Assembly: GCA_964507015.1 (NCBI GenBank)
Contig: CAZDOM010000005.1
Span: 3,654 to 67,653 of the forward strand
Origin: an uncultured Rikenellaceae bacterium
GTDB lineage: Bacteria > Bacteroidota > Bacteroidia > Bacteroidales > VadinHA17
Length of the DNA: 64,000 nucleotides
Direction of reading: 5' to 3'
In this document: positions 51,581-60,593 of the stretch, one piece after another
Numbering within the stretch: the first letter of the stretch is position 1
Layout: the number at the start of each line of letters is the position of its first letter
Notes under the pieces: model-generated
The model's input: the letters and a program-made list of their open reading frames with translations, nothing else
What the model was told of the DNA's origin: nothing
Database searches by the model: none
Position numbers and translations under genes: made by a program

Positions 51581-53323
51581 CTATCGAAGCACCTTCCTTA
51601 CAAAGGCCACAGTAAAATACGACATGAGGAATACCCCCATAAAACCTTCAATACTTGATACTATCCTGGCAGAACCAAACGGATAGTGATCACCATAACC
51701 TATTGTGAAAAAGGTTATTGCACTATGATAGAACGATCTTGCAACTATTCCGAGCTGGTCGGATGTTGAAGAAATAATATCAGCATTTGTAGTAAGAATC
51801 ATCAGCACATATATTATACTGAACGTTATATATGCCACCATCATGGAAATGAGAACCCTGGCAGGATTGGTTGCATAGAGGCCCATAGCATCAAAAACAA
51901 GCCATTTAAATCCATGAGGAATATAACTGAGTATTTTTGTCAATCCACCTTTCTCTTTTTGTCCAGTGAGCCATGAACTTGACTCATAACGTTTAAACAT
52001 AACATAAGCCTCATCTTCATCGGAATACTTACCTGTACTATTAAAATTCTCCTTAAGTATTCTGAACTGTTCAGCTTTTTGCCTTAAAGCAGTTTCCTCC
52101 TGCCTGCTTATGATCTCCTTGCATTTATTTCGTTCCCAGTCGATATATAATTTCCCGATGAGTCTCATACCCGACATATCCAGAATCTTTATATTAACAG
52201 GAAAATCATAGGGTTCAATATCAACAATATCGCGGACAATAGTATCAGACACATCCAAAATGTCAGCATTTGCAATTCGCAGGTCAAAGTAATGATCGAG
52301 ATGGCATGATTTAAGAGATAATGCCTGAAACCTTGACTCATAGAATGTTACATCACCAGCACCAAAGCTTGTTCTCTCGAAGTTGACTTCAGTATCATCC
52401 ATCTCCATCAGATTAAAGTTCTTGGGACCTGCACCCATTTCTGCTTTTTTGAACTGGATCTTACCAGCTTTACATGATGCTCCTTCAAAATTTACCTCTC
52501 CATTGCCAAAGACAGAACGGTTAAAGTTTATTCTTCCCGAACCAAAATCTACTGTCCTGAAGTCAACTCTACTGTTTCCAAACTCCGTCCTTTCAAAAGA
52601 TATATCACAATCGCCAAAGACACAATAATGAAAGTCTATCTTGCCGCCTGTAATACGTGTTACTTTAAAATTAAAACGGCCGTTGTTGAAGTGAGTATTT
52701 ATAAAAAGAAGTTCACCATCATTAAATTCCGTATTAGCGAAACTCACCTCTCCGTTACCAAACTGCATATCCTGAAAATCCTTTATCCCATTGCTTACAA
52801 CAACATTCTTAAACATAAAGTCACCATCGCCAAAAATAGCTCCGGTAAATTCGATATTGCCATCCTTGAAAAAAGCATTAGAAAATATTACATCCCCTGC
52901 TCCAAATCTAACACCTGTAAAAGATACTTTCCCCTTACCGAAATGTGTTCCATCGAAGTTGACCTCGCCATCAGAAAAAGATGCATAGGAAAAATCGTTG
53001 CAAATATTTGATTCAAAGAAGGCATTCCTGGCAGAAAAACCCTTAAGAGAAACTAATTCTTTCTTATCTATGTTGTTATGACGTCTGAAAGCTGATATGG
53101 AAAAATCAGATACATAACAATTATCAAGTACAATATCCTTTCCTTTTTTTATAAGATCATAGATATCATTTACATCGGCTACGCCAAATAATTCATTATT
53201 AATCTCTTTTCCTTCGTCATCATAAAATGTTACAATTGCAGTACGTGGTGTGGTGTTGCCATTATCAGCAATAAACTTGACATTTTTAATATTGACCTGA
53301 TAGTTCTTATAACCGGTTTTCAT
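51581..53323 (-). CDS. Pentapeptide-repeat protein fused to a 2-TM potassium channel pore
   Basis: About 300 aa of 5-residue periodicity (VSFTGVRFGAGDVIFSNAFFKDGNIEFTGAIFGDGDFMF...). The C-terminus has an M1 helix, the selectivity filter FFTIGYGDH, and an M2 helix. The ATG at 53323 is preferred; the TTG at 53350 is the alternative. Confidence 0.8.
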   Translation of the reverse strand: MKTGYKNYQVNIKNVKFIADNGNTTPRTAIVTFYDDEGKEINNELFGVADVNDIYDLIKKGKDIVLDNCYVSDFSISAFRRHNNIDKKELVSLKGFSARNAFFESNICNDFSYASFSDGEVNFDGTHFGKGKVSFTGVRFGAGDVIFSNAFFKDGNIEFTGAIFGDGDFMFKNVVVSNGIKDFQDMQFGNGEVSFANTEFNDGELLFINTHFNNGRFNFKVTRITGGKIDFHYCVFGDCDISFERTEFGNSRVDFRTVDFGSGRINFNRSVFGNGEVNFEGASCKAGKIQFKKAEMGAGPKNFNLMEMDDTEVNFERTSFGAGDVTFYESRFQALSLKSCHLDHYFDLRIANADILDVSDTIVRDIVDIEPYDFPVNIKILDMSGMRLIGKLYIDWERNKCKEIISRQEETALRQKAEQFRILKENFNSTGKYSDEDEAYVMFKRYESSSWLTGQKEKGGLTKILSYIPHGFKWLVFDAMGLYATNPARVLISMMVAYITFSIIYVLMILTTNADIISSTSDQLGIVARSFYHSAITFFTIGYGDHYPFGSARIVSSIEGFMGVFLMSYFTVAFVRKVLR

Positions 53324-53380
53324 TAAGGCAGGATTTATTTTAAAAAGCAATTTATAAAAAAAAATGATCTGTTATAATGA

Positions 53381-56272
53381 CTAGCGCATGCAGAGTGTTC
53401 TATATGGGCAGTATGAGCATTTACGCCAGTTATCTGTGGTCATAATAAACGGTTCATCGATGTTAAAAATAGCCTTAACGGTTGCATTAAGATAGTATAT
53501 AAATTCTTGTCTGACAATCGTATAGTCATTTACAGGGACTCCATCATTTCGTCCTGATTTAATTTTCAGGAGATCATCACTCTCTGATCTTTTTATCTGG
53601 TAAACAGCTGGTCTTACCCTGGCTTCCCGGTTTTCATTCAGATAACCCTCACAATAAAGCAGGGTTTGCAGCCAGCCATCATAATCTTTCTTCCTGTCAT
53701 CATCGAAAAGTTCCTCTATTGAGCTTATTGAATCAGTAATAGCACCCGTTTTATAATCAAGTATCCTTATTATATCATCCATTTTATCAACACGGTCTAT
53801 AACACCTCCTACCATTAACCTGGTTCCGGATTTGTCATCGCCGATATTAACAGGGAAAGCCACATCTTTTTCCAGAGCAATTATGCTAAATGAAGCCAGT
53901 TTTATATCCATATTTAGTACCCTGTTTATATATTCCACCAGTACATCCCTTACTATTAGTTCATTACCTGTAACAGGAGTATCACTCTGTTGTTTAAAGA
54001 AATCCCTTATACTTCTACTTACCAGCCTCATAATTAATGACTTATCGTTTTGTATTCTAATTAGCGATTCCGAGTCTATAATCTTTCCGATATACTCTAT
54101 ATAAAGATTCTGAACAGCTTTATGAAGTATGGACCCGAGTACAGCAGGATCGATTTCTCCTGTTATCTCATCCGGTTCTTTCAATCCGCATACATACCTG
54201 TAATAAAACTTCATCCTGCAGTTCAGCCATGTATTGATGGCAGAAGGAGATAGTATGTGCGGCCTGTTTTCCTGAAAGAATCGTGATATCAATTGTTGCT
54301 GATGTTCTTCGGTGCGTTCAATTATTTCATTTATAGTGCCCCTGTTCCTTATTTCAAATCCCAAGCTGAGCATTTCAGGCTTAAGCAACGGTTCATATTT
54401 CATCTGCTGAAGGAACCTGCTTATTTCACTGCTTCTTAATCCCTCCGGGTTTGAATTGAATAAGAATGTAACATTTTCGGCCCTTTGTAAAAGTCTGTAG
54501 AAATGGTAGGCATATACAGATTCCCGGTGATTAATTGAAGGCAGTCCGAAAGCTTCACGGAGACTGAAAGGTATATATGAAGCAGCAGATGTTAATGTCG
54601 GAAGGATACCTTCATTTACTGATAATATTACCAGGTTCCTGAAATCGAGGGTCCTGGTCTCAAGTATACCCATTACCTGAATACCGGAGAGAGGTTCTCC
54701 GGAAAAGGGTACAGACTCGCTTCTCAATAACCGCTCAAGAAGGCTGATCCATGTATTTAAATTCAGGTTTAAACCAGGTGATCCGGCTACAGCATCAAGC
54801 CTGTTTACAGATAATACGACCCTGTAAATAAATTCATTCCTTATACTTATTCCAGTAGAATCATTCCCACGTTCTACACCTTCACCGGCACCAGTGGAAG
54901 CCAGGAATGATAAGATAGATTTCAGATACTCTGAGAATTCAGAAGGTGAACCGGTTTTAATGAAAATATCAGCAAGATAACCGGAATTGCTAAATTTTGT
55001 TGAGGGAACCATCAGCAGGTTCTGTTCAGTAATCTCTTTAATAATCAGTTCTCGTTCCCCTTCACCTGTTATTTCAGTAATAAGTCCGTTTTTTAACAGG
55101 CTGAGTACATCCCTGTGGTTAAAAAGTATTATGCCATTATGTATCCTTGCATTACGCTGAAGATCGAGGAGATTCTTTACCATGGAATAAACCAGGGTCT
55201 GTTTAAGGGGATAACCCATTGTTATGTTAATATCAGAGATATTCTCGGGAAGACTTGTAAGGACAGGCACCAGAAGATTCTCATCAGCCAGGATTATTGC
55301 TGTTTCGTGTGCATTTTCAGGAGTCAGTCCGGGAATTTCACTTATAAGTTGTGGAATAAGCTTGACCTGGGCCAGATCGGATGATGTATCAATAATATGC
55401 CTTTTTACTGAAGGTGAAGGTTTTGAAAGAATAGTATTATAACTCCAGTCACCGGCCATATCATTTCCAAAATATTTAAGATTTTCTCTCAGGAAGAATC
55501 CGGCTGAATTTAACCTTCCCTCTTTTAAATAGGAGTTGTCATAATCCCAGTAGAACCTTCCTTTTCCTTCAGCCTTCAGCTTTGACATAAGCTTTTTTTC
55601 ACATTCATTGAGAGCATTGAATCCTGCAAAATGGACTAATTCCCATTTAACACCTGTAACTCTCTCAATTCCTTTACCTTCAATTACATCCCTGAATATC
55701 ATTCCCTCATAGGCAAGATTTTTTTCCTTAAGAGAGCTTCTGAATCCCGTATAGATATCATATAGTACTGACCAGATATTCCTGAACTCTTTCTTCTGAT
55801 CTGACATTTTATCAGGACTAAAGTTGGTCCAGAAACGTTTGACTATATCTGCCTGTTCTTCCGTCAGACCTCCGAATACCTGATCTATTTTTTTGATATC
55901 CTGAATATTATGGAATATTTTTGAAGCATTAGCAAGGTTCTTGTCAACATCATCAAAATCGTCCAGAAGCATATCACCCCAGAAATAAAACTCATCAAAA
56001 CTCTCATTGCTTTTTCGTACCTCGTGATAAACCCTGTAGAGTTCAAAAAGGAGAATTTCATTTTCAGCCGGTTGTAAATCAGAAAAAGACCTGAACATGT
56101 CGTTGATAGTCATTATTGCCGGTGTCCATAACGGTTTATTTATCTCTCTTGACAGGTATTTAAGAAAAAAGAGTCCGGCTCTTCTGTTCGGAAAGACAAG
56201 GCAATGCCTGTTCAGGGTATTTCCGTACTCTGAATATAGTGACTTTGCGATATGTTCAAGAAAATAAACCAT
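53381..56272 (-). CDS. AddB-like PD-(D/E)XK nuclease subunit (no Walker A; Fe-S Cys staple)
   Basis: 963 aa. The C-terminus carries the nuclease motif IRILDYKTG. Four Cys (C..........C upstream, CSYCPYRTLC at the end) are arranged as in AddB-type iron-sulfur nucleases. Confidence 0.72.
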   Translation of the reverse strand: MVYFLEHIAKSLYSEYGNTLNRHCLVFPNRRAGLFFLKYLSREINKPLWTPAIMTINDMFRSFSDLQPAENEILLFELYRVYHEVRKSNESFDEFYFWGDMLLDDFDDVDKNLANASKIFHNIQDIKKIDQVFGGLTEEQADIVKRFWTNFSPDKMSDQKKEFRNIWSVLYDIYTGFRSSLKEKNLAYEGMIFRDVIEGKGIERVTGVKWELVHFAGFNALNECEKKLMSKLKAEGKGRFYWDYDNSYLKEGRLNSAGFFLRENLKYFGNDMAGDWSYNTILSKPSPSVKRHIIDTSSDLAQVKLIPQLISEIPGLTPENAHETAIILADENLLVPVLTSLPENISDINITMGYPLKQTLVYSMVKNLLDLQRNARIHNGIILFNHRDVLSLLKNGLITEITGEGERELIIKEITEQNLLMVPSTKFSNSGYLADIFIKTGSPSEFSEYLKSILSFLASTGAGEGVERGNDSTGISIRNEFIYRVVLSVNRLDAVAGSPGLNLNLNTWISLLERLLRSESVPFSGEPLSGIQVMGILETRTLDFRNLVILSVNEGILPTLTSAASYIPFSLREAFGLPSINHRESVYAYHFYRLLQRAENVTFLFNSNPEGLRSSEISRFLQQMKYEPLLKPEMLSLGFEIRNRGTINEIIERTEEHQQQLISRFFQENRPHILSPSAINTWLNCRMKFYYRYVCGLKEPDEITGEIDPAVLGSILHKAVQNLYIEYIGKIIDSESLIRIQNDKSLIMRLVSRSIRDFFKQQSDTPVTGNELIVRDVLVEYINRVLNMDIKLASFSIIALEKDVAFPVNIGDDKSGTRLMVGGVIDRVDKMDDIIRILDYKTGAITDSISSIEELFDDDRKKDYDGWLQTLLYCEGYLNENREARVRPAVYQIKRSESDDLLKIKSGRNDGVPVNDYTIVRQEFIYYLNATVKAIFNIDEPFIMTTDNWRKCSYCPYRTLCMR

Positions 56273-56297
56273 AATTGGTCTTGCGGTCTTTTACTTT

Positions 56298-57275
56298 TTA
56301 CTTATTACTTTTTACTTTATAATATTTGCCTTGCCATGTCTCCAGTTCTTCGAGTCGTTTTTCAATGAGAGGTACTATCCGGTCGGTTCTTTTCTCACCC
56401 CATAATCTCTCTTTCAGAAATCGCAGAGGAGCCTCCCCGGTAAACCGTTCCACGATAATTCCAGGGTTAAGTCTTTCGAGAAAACTAATTATAAATTCAA
56501 GATAATCTTCCCAGGTAAACATGTGAAAATCAGAAGGTTTATTACTGTATTCTGTTTCCATTGCGGTTCCTTTAATTATCTGTAGCTGATGAAACTTGAC
56601 TGTTGTCAGGGGCAGAGAAGAAATAATTTCCACCTCTGCAAGCATTTCAGAACGTGATTCACCTGGCAGACCAAAAATAAAATGAGCTCCGGTATTTATT
56701 CCAAGATTTGTAGTTGTTTCGATTGCATCAGCAGCTTCTTTAAATGTATGACCCCTGTTAATTCTTTTAAGTGTTTTATCATAACATGATTCAATTCCAT
56801 ATTCCACTGAGAGATAGCAATGCTGAGAGATATTCTTCAGCAATGTAAGTTTTTCATTATCAACACAATCGGGTCGCGTTCCGATTATAAGCCCTATAAT
56901 TCCCTGACACTGCAATGCCTCCTCATACAAAGATTTAAGTGTCTCAACAGGAGCATAAGTGTTAGAATATGCCTGAAAATAAGCAAGATATGATTCAGCT
57001 TTACGATATCTGTTTTTGTGAAAAGCGATCCCCTCTTTAATTTGCTGTGTTACAGATTTTTCAGGTAAGCAGTATGAAGGATTAAATGCATCATTGTTGC
57101 AATATGTACAACCGCCTTTCCCTTTTGTTCCATCTCGGTTAGGACATGTGAATCCTGCATCAATGGAAACCTTTTGCACTCTTGCACCAAAGAGTTTCCT
57201 GAAATAATCAGGATATGCATTAAATCTTCTTGCATGACCCCACGGGAATTCTATTGTTTTACCTGTTTGCTCCAT
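56298..57275 (-). CDS. Radical SAM protein, TIGR01212 (YhcC-like) family
   Basis: FTCPNRDGTKGKGGCTYCNN cluster motif; 325 aa. Its ATG shares one nucleotide with the stop of the upstream helicase gene. Confidence 0.8.
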   Translation of the reverse strand: MEQTGKTIEFPWGHARRFNAYPDYFRKLFGARVQKVSIDAGFTCPNRDGTKGKGGCTYCNNDAFNPSYCLPEKSVTQQIKEGIAFHKNRYRKAESYLAYFQAYSNTYAPVETLKSLYEEALQCQGIIGLIIGTRPDCVDNEKLTLLKNISQHCYLSVEYGIESCYDKTLKRINRGHTFKEAADAIETTTNLGINTGAHFIFGLPGESRSEMLAEVEIISSLPLTTVKFHQLQIIKGTAMETEYSNKPSDFHMFTWEDYLEFIISFLERLNPGIIVERFTGEAPLRFLKERLWGEKRTDRIVPLIEKRLEELETWQGKYYKVKSNK

Positions 57276-60200
57276 CAGGTTTCAACTATTTTGTTCCTGT
57301 CGACATACCACAGATAACCTTTTATATCCCTGTATTCCATTTCACTGAGAAGTTTGCGGTACCGTTTTATCTGTTCTTTGTAGTGTTCATGCTCCTCACC
57401 GAACTTAAAATCAATAATTATTGCAGCGTCACCATTTAATATAATTCTGTCAGGTCTTCTGGTCTGGCCTGATGGTAAAAGTATCTCAGCCTCCTTCATT
57501 ACATTTAGTCCTGGTTTAAACCAGGCTGAAGCCTGAGAGGATGAAATTAGCTCTTTCAGTTTTGTTTCAAACTGTTTTGATTCGGATGTGGTTATTCTTC
57601 CTTCAAGTACAAGTTGCCTCACTGCAACAGGGATATCGTGTTCATCATCAATGCTTTCGAAAACACTATGCATTAGGTTCCCATAACTTATTTTCTCTCT
57701 TTTGGCCTCACCTCCTTCCCCGAAATAGTTTTCTCCATGCAGTTTAAGCCGCAGTGATCCGGGTTTTTTACTGACATTGTAACTCTTTGAAATTATATCT
57801 ACAGCAGTCCTGTTTTCATATCTGGTGGGAGGTATCTCTCCATACTCAAATATTTTACTTTCAGGATCATAGTAGCTGGAAAGCTTAATGCCTTTATTTC
57901 CCGCAAAGTATGTTACTGAAGTAACAGCATTTTTAAGAACTTCTGAAATCTTTTCATTAGCTGAAGGTGCTTCGGGCGCAAAACCCCAAATAGCATCTAC
58001 AGCTCTTGTCATTGCAACATAAAGGAGGTTAATATTATCAATGTGAACTGCAAATTTTTCTATGTAATAATCATGGGCAAAAATGGTTTCAGTAAGGTAG
58101 TTACTGTATTTTACCGGAACAACTCCCAGCTCATCAAAAGGTTCTGCGCCGGGTTGAACCCATAGAACAGGTTGTCGTAAGTATTTATGATCGAGATTCC
58201 ATGATATGAACGGAAGAATTACAATCCTGAATTCAAGTCCTTTTGATTTATGTATAGTAAATACTCTGGCTGCATCCTGGTTCGCTGGTAGAACTACTGA
58301 TTTTGTTTTACCGGTTGTTTCCCACCACTCCAGGAAAGAACGGAAATCAGCACCTTTAGATCCGGAAAACGCAAGAACAAGGTCCTGGAAAGTATTAAGG
58401 TAAGCCACATTACAGGAATACCCGCCCAGTTTAAAAAAGTCTATAATATTTTCTGTTGCTTCAAACAAAGGAAGTTGTCCGGCTGAGGCCATAAAATGCT
58501 CATATCCATCTGGGAAAATTGAATGAGAGCCATCTTCCATCCTGTCACGGAAAAGGGGAATTTTATCAGGAGCCTCCTTTTCAGTTGCAAGAAGGTAATA
58601 CCTTACCATCTGGGCCCTGCTTATCATATCAGATGGGTTATCAATCACTTTAAGGACAGAAATAATAAAAGTCAGTACATGAGAACCTGAGAGGGTTAAA
58701 GAATCATTTGATACTATATTATAATTGTACTTGTTTCTTTTCTCCTTATCACAAACGGTTCTGTAGTCTATCATTTTCCTGACAACTGCCTCACCGTCAT
58801 TGCTGTTACGAACAATTATCCCGATATCTGAAGCCCTGTATCCCTTATCCTGGAACGCTTCAATAACTGACGGCAGCTTTTCCAGTACTATTTCTTTCCA
58901 GCCTCTTTTATTTCTGGTCTCAGCATTATTCTTCTGCCCTATATCTTCCTTATTATCAATAAATTCTAGTCTGACAAAGCCACCACCATTCTTTCCCGGA
59001 TCATCCTGAATCACCTCAGAATAAAGGTGCCTGAAATCTGATGTTGCAGTATCTTCCGGAAAAGGTGTATCAATTTGTTCAGGGATCAATGAAAAGAGTG
59101 AATTATTGAATCTTATAATATTTGAACGGCTTCTCCAGTTAGTTACAAGAGGTTGACTCAGGTACCTACTGCCATCAACCAGGTTATCCTTCATATATGC
59201 GAGTATTCCCCAGTCGCTGTTCCTCCACCTGTATATTGATTGCTTCAGATCACCCACAACCAGGTTATCGCACCCTCTGGCCATGCTTTCAACTATCAAA
59301 GGATCGAGATTTTTCCATTGTAGCAGCGAGGTATCCTGGAATTCATCGATCATGTAATTCTCGTATATATTACCGATCTTTTCATAAATAAAAGGTGCCT
59401 GGTCTTCCCCGGTTATCAGGTTAAGAACTTCACCCGCCTCGGAAAGAAGAAAACTGTTTTCCAGGGAGGCTACCTGGTGTACTTTATTCAACACATCAGA
59501 AAGAATGCCAAGAGCATATATATTTTTAAGAATGACATCAGAGCTTTTATAATTTAAAATATTAGTATCATAGAACCTGATTGCCTCTTTCACATATCTA
59601 TCAAGTCCGTTGTCAATTGCTTTCAACAATTGCTGATCAGCCTGTCCCGATGACCATACAGGAGGAGTCTCAAGTATTTTCCTTACATAAGGATTTGGTT
59701 TTGTTATATTACCTGCAGCCATGGATCTTATAAAACCAGGGACTCCTTTGCTTTTATAATAAAACATAACATCATCAAGGTCATAATCAGAGATAATCTG
59801 CTCACATTTTCCGCCGAGCTCCTTCAGCATTGATTCAAAGCTGCTTCTTAGGTTACGGAGTTTATTTATATAATTGAGAAGGAAATCTTTATTTTCAAGG
59901 TCAGCTCTCTGTTTATTTGATAATATCCTGAATTTCTCCCTGAAAAGCTCCTCTGCCAGTCTCATAATATCACCCCTGATGTCCCAGTTCTTCTCCTCCT
60001 CAAGGTTAGCCATAACATACTGATTAAGCCAGTTCCTCAACTGAGTATCCTCTGCTGATGAAGCTATCATTTCATCAATAGCTGATGCCAGTATTACACT
60101 ATGATCAAGTTCTATGTTGAAACCGGAGTTCAGTCCTATTTCTCTTGTAAATGCACGTAGTACCTTTTGAAAAAATGCATCTATCGTAGATACTGAAAAA

Positions 60201-60508
60201 CGTGAGAAATCGTGAAGTATCGAAAATAATATTTCCCCGGCCTCCTTCCTGATGTTCTGCTCATCCATTCCAGTCTCTTTTTTCAGCCCTGACAGGTACT
60301 CCGATTTTCCTCCTGACGAAAGAACATAAAGCTGATCGAGAATCCGGTTTTTCATTTCTGCTGTGGCCTTGTTGGTAAAGGTAACCGCCAATATTTTTCT
60401 GTAATTGTAACGTGATCTGAAAAGATGAGTAAGGTAAATACCTGCAAGTCTGAAGGTTTTTCCTGATCCTGCTGATGCACTGTATATGGTGAGTGTACCG
60501 GTTCCCAT
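57275..60508 (-). CDS. AddA/RecB-like UvrD-family helicase-nuclease
   Basis: SASAGSGKTF Walker A, IDEFQDTS (DExQ box), VGDLKQSIYRWR, TIHKSKGLEF, VAMTRA, and a C-terminal RecB-type nuclease (RPDRI....IIDFKFG). Confidence 0.85.
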   Translation of the reverse strand: MGTGTLTIYSASAGSGKTFRLAGIYLTHLFRSRYNYRKILAVTFTNKATAEMKNRILDQLYVLSSGGKSEYLSGLKKETGMDEQNIRKEAGEILFSILHDFSRFSVSTIDAFFQKVLRAFTREIGLNSGFNIELDHSVILASAIDEMIASSAEDTQLRNWLNQYVMANLEEEKNWDIRGDIMRLAEELFREKFRILSNKQRADLENKDFLLNYINKLRNLRSSFESMLKELGGKCEQIISDYDLDDVMFYYKSKGVPGFIRSMAAGNITKPNPYVRKILETPPVWSSGQADQQLLKAIDNGLDRYVKEAIRFYDTNILNYKSSDVILKNIYALGILSDVLNKVHQVASLENSFLLSEAGEVLNLITGEDQAPFIYEKIGNIYENYMIDEFQDTSLLQWKNLDPLIVESMARGCDNLVVGDLKQSIYRWRNSDWGILAYMKDNLVDGSRYLSQPLVTNWRSRSNIIRFNNSLFSLIPEQIDTPFPEDTATSDFRHLYSEVIQDDPGKNGGGFVRLEFIDNKEDIGQKNNAETRNKRGWKEIVLEKLPSVIEAFQDKGYRASDIGIIVRNSNDGEAVVRKMIDYRTVCDKEKRNKYNYNIVSNDSLTLSGSHVLTFIISVLKVIDNPSDMISRAQMVRYYLLATEKEAPDKIPLFRDRMEDGSHSIFPDGYEHFMASAGQLPLFEATENIIDFFKLGGYSCNVAYLNTFQDLVLAFSGSKGADFRSFLEWWETTGKTKSVVLPANQDAARVFTIHKSKGLEFRIVILPFISWNLDHKYLRQPVLWVQPGAEPFDELGVVPVKYSNYLTETIFAHDYYIEKFAVHIDNINLLYVAMTRAVDAIWGFAPEAPSANEKISEVLKNAVTSVTYFAGNKGIKLSSYYDPESKIFEYGEIPPTRYENRTAVDIISKSYNVSKKPGSLRLKLHGENYFGEGGEAKREKISYGNLMHSVFESIDDEHDIPVAVRQLVLEGRITTSESKQFETKLKELISSSQASAWFKPGLNVMKEAEILLPSGQTRRPDRIILNGDAAIIIDFKFGEEHEHYKEQIKRYRKLLSEMEYRDIKGYLWYVDRNKIVET

Positions 60509-60581
60509 GATTAGCTAAAGTTACCGAAATTTATTCTATTTTCTCCCACTCATGCACTCATCCCCTCTCCTTTTCTTTTTA

Positions 60582-60589
60582 TATCTTTG
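60582..60589 (+). promoter_or_regulatory. TAnnTTTG -7 element upstream of mnmA
   Basis: tatctttg lies 5 nt before the ATG at 60594. This supports the short start (MKKRVVIGLSGGVDSS) and a near-leaderless mRNA. Confidence 0.45.
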
Positions 60590-60593
60590 CCGC

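Noticed and set aside
52383-53011. Three plus-strand ORFs (65-127 aa) antisense to the channel gene
   Set aside because: The periodic pentapeptide-repeat coding sequence keeps the antisense frames free of stops by composition. The ORFs have no start context or motifs.
56278-56288. The shared 11-mer gaccgcaagac (also at 61992-62002) as proof of a repeat family
   Set aside because: Identical 11-mers are expected by chance many times in 64 kb counted on both strands. I kept it only as a weak hint inside the repeat findings.
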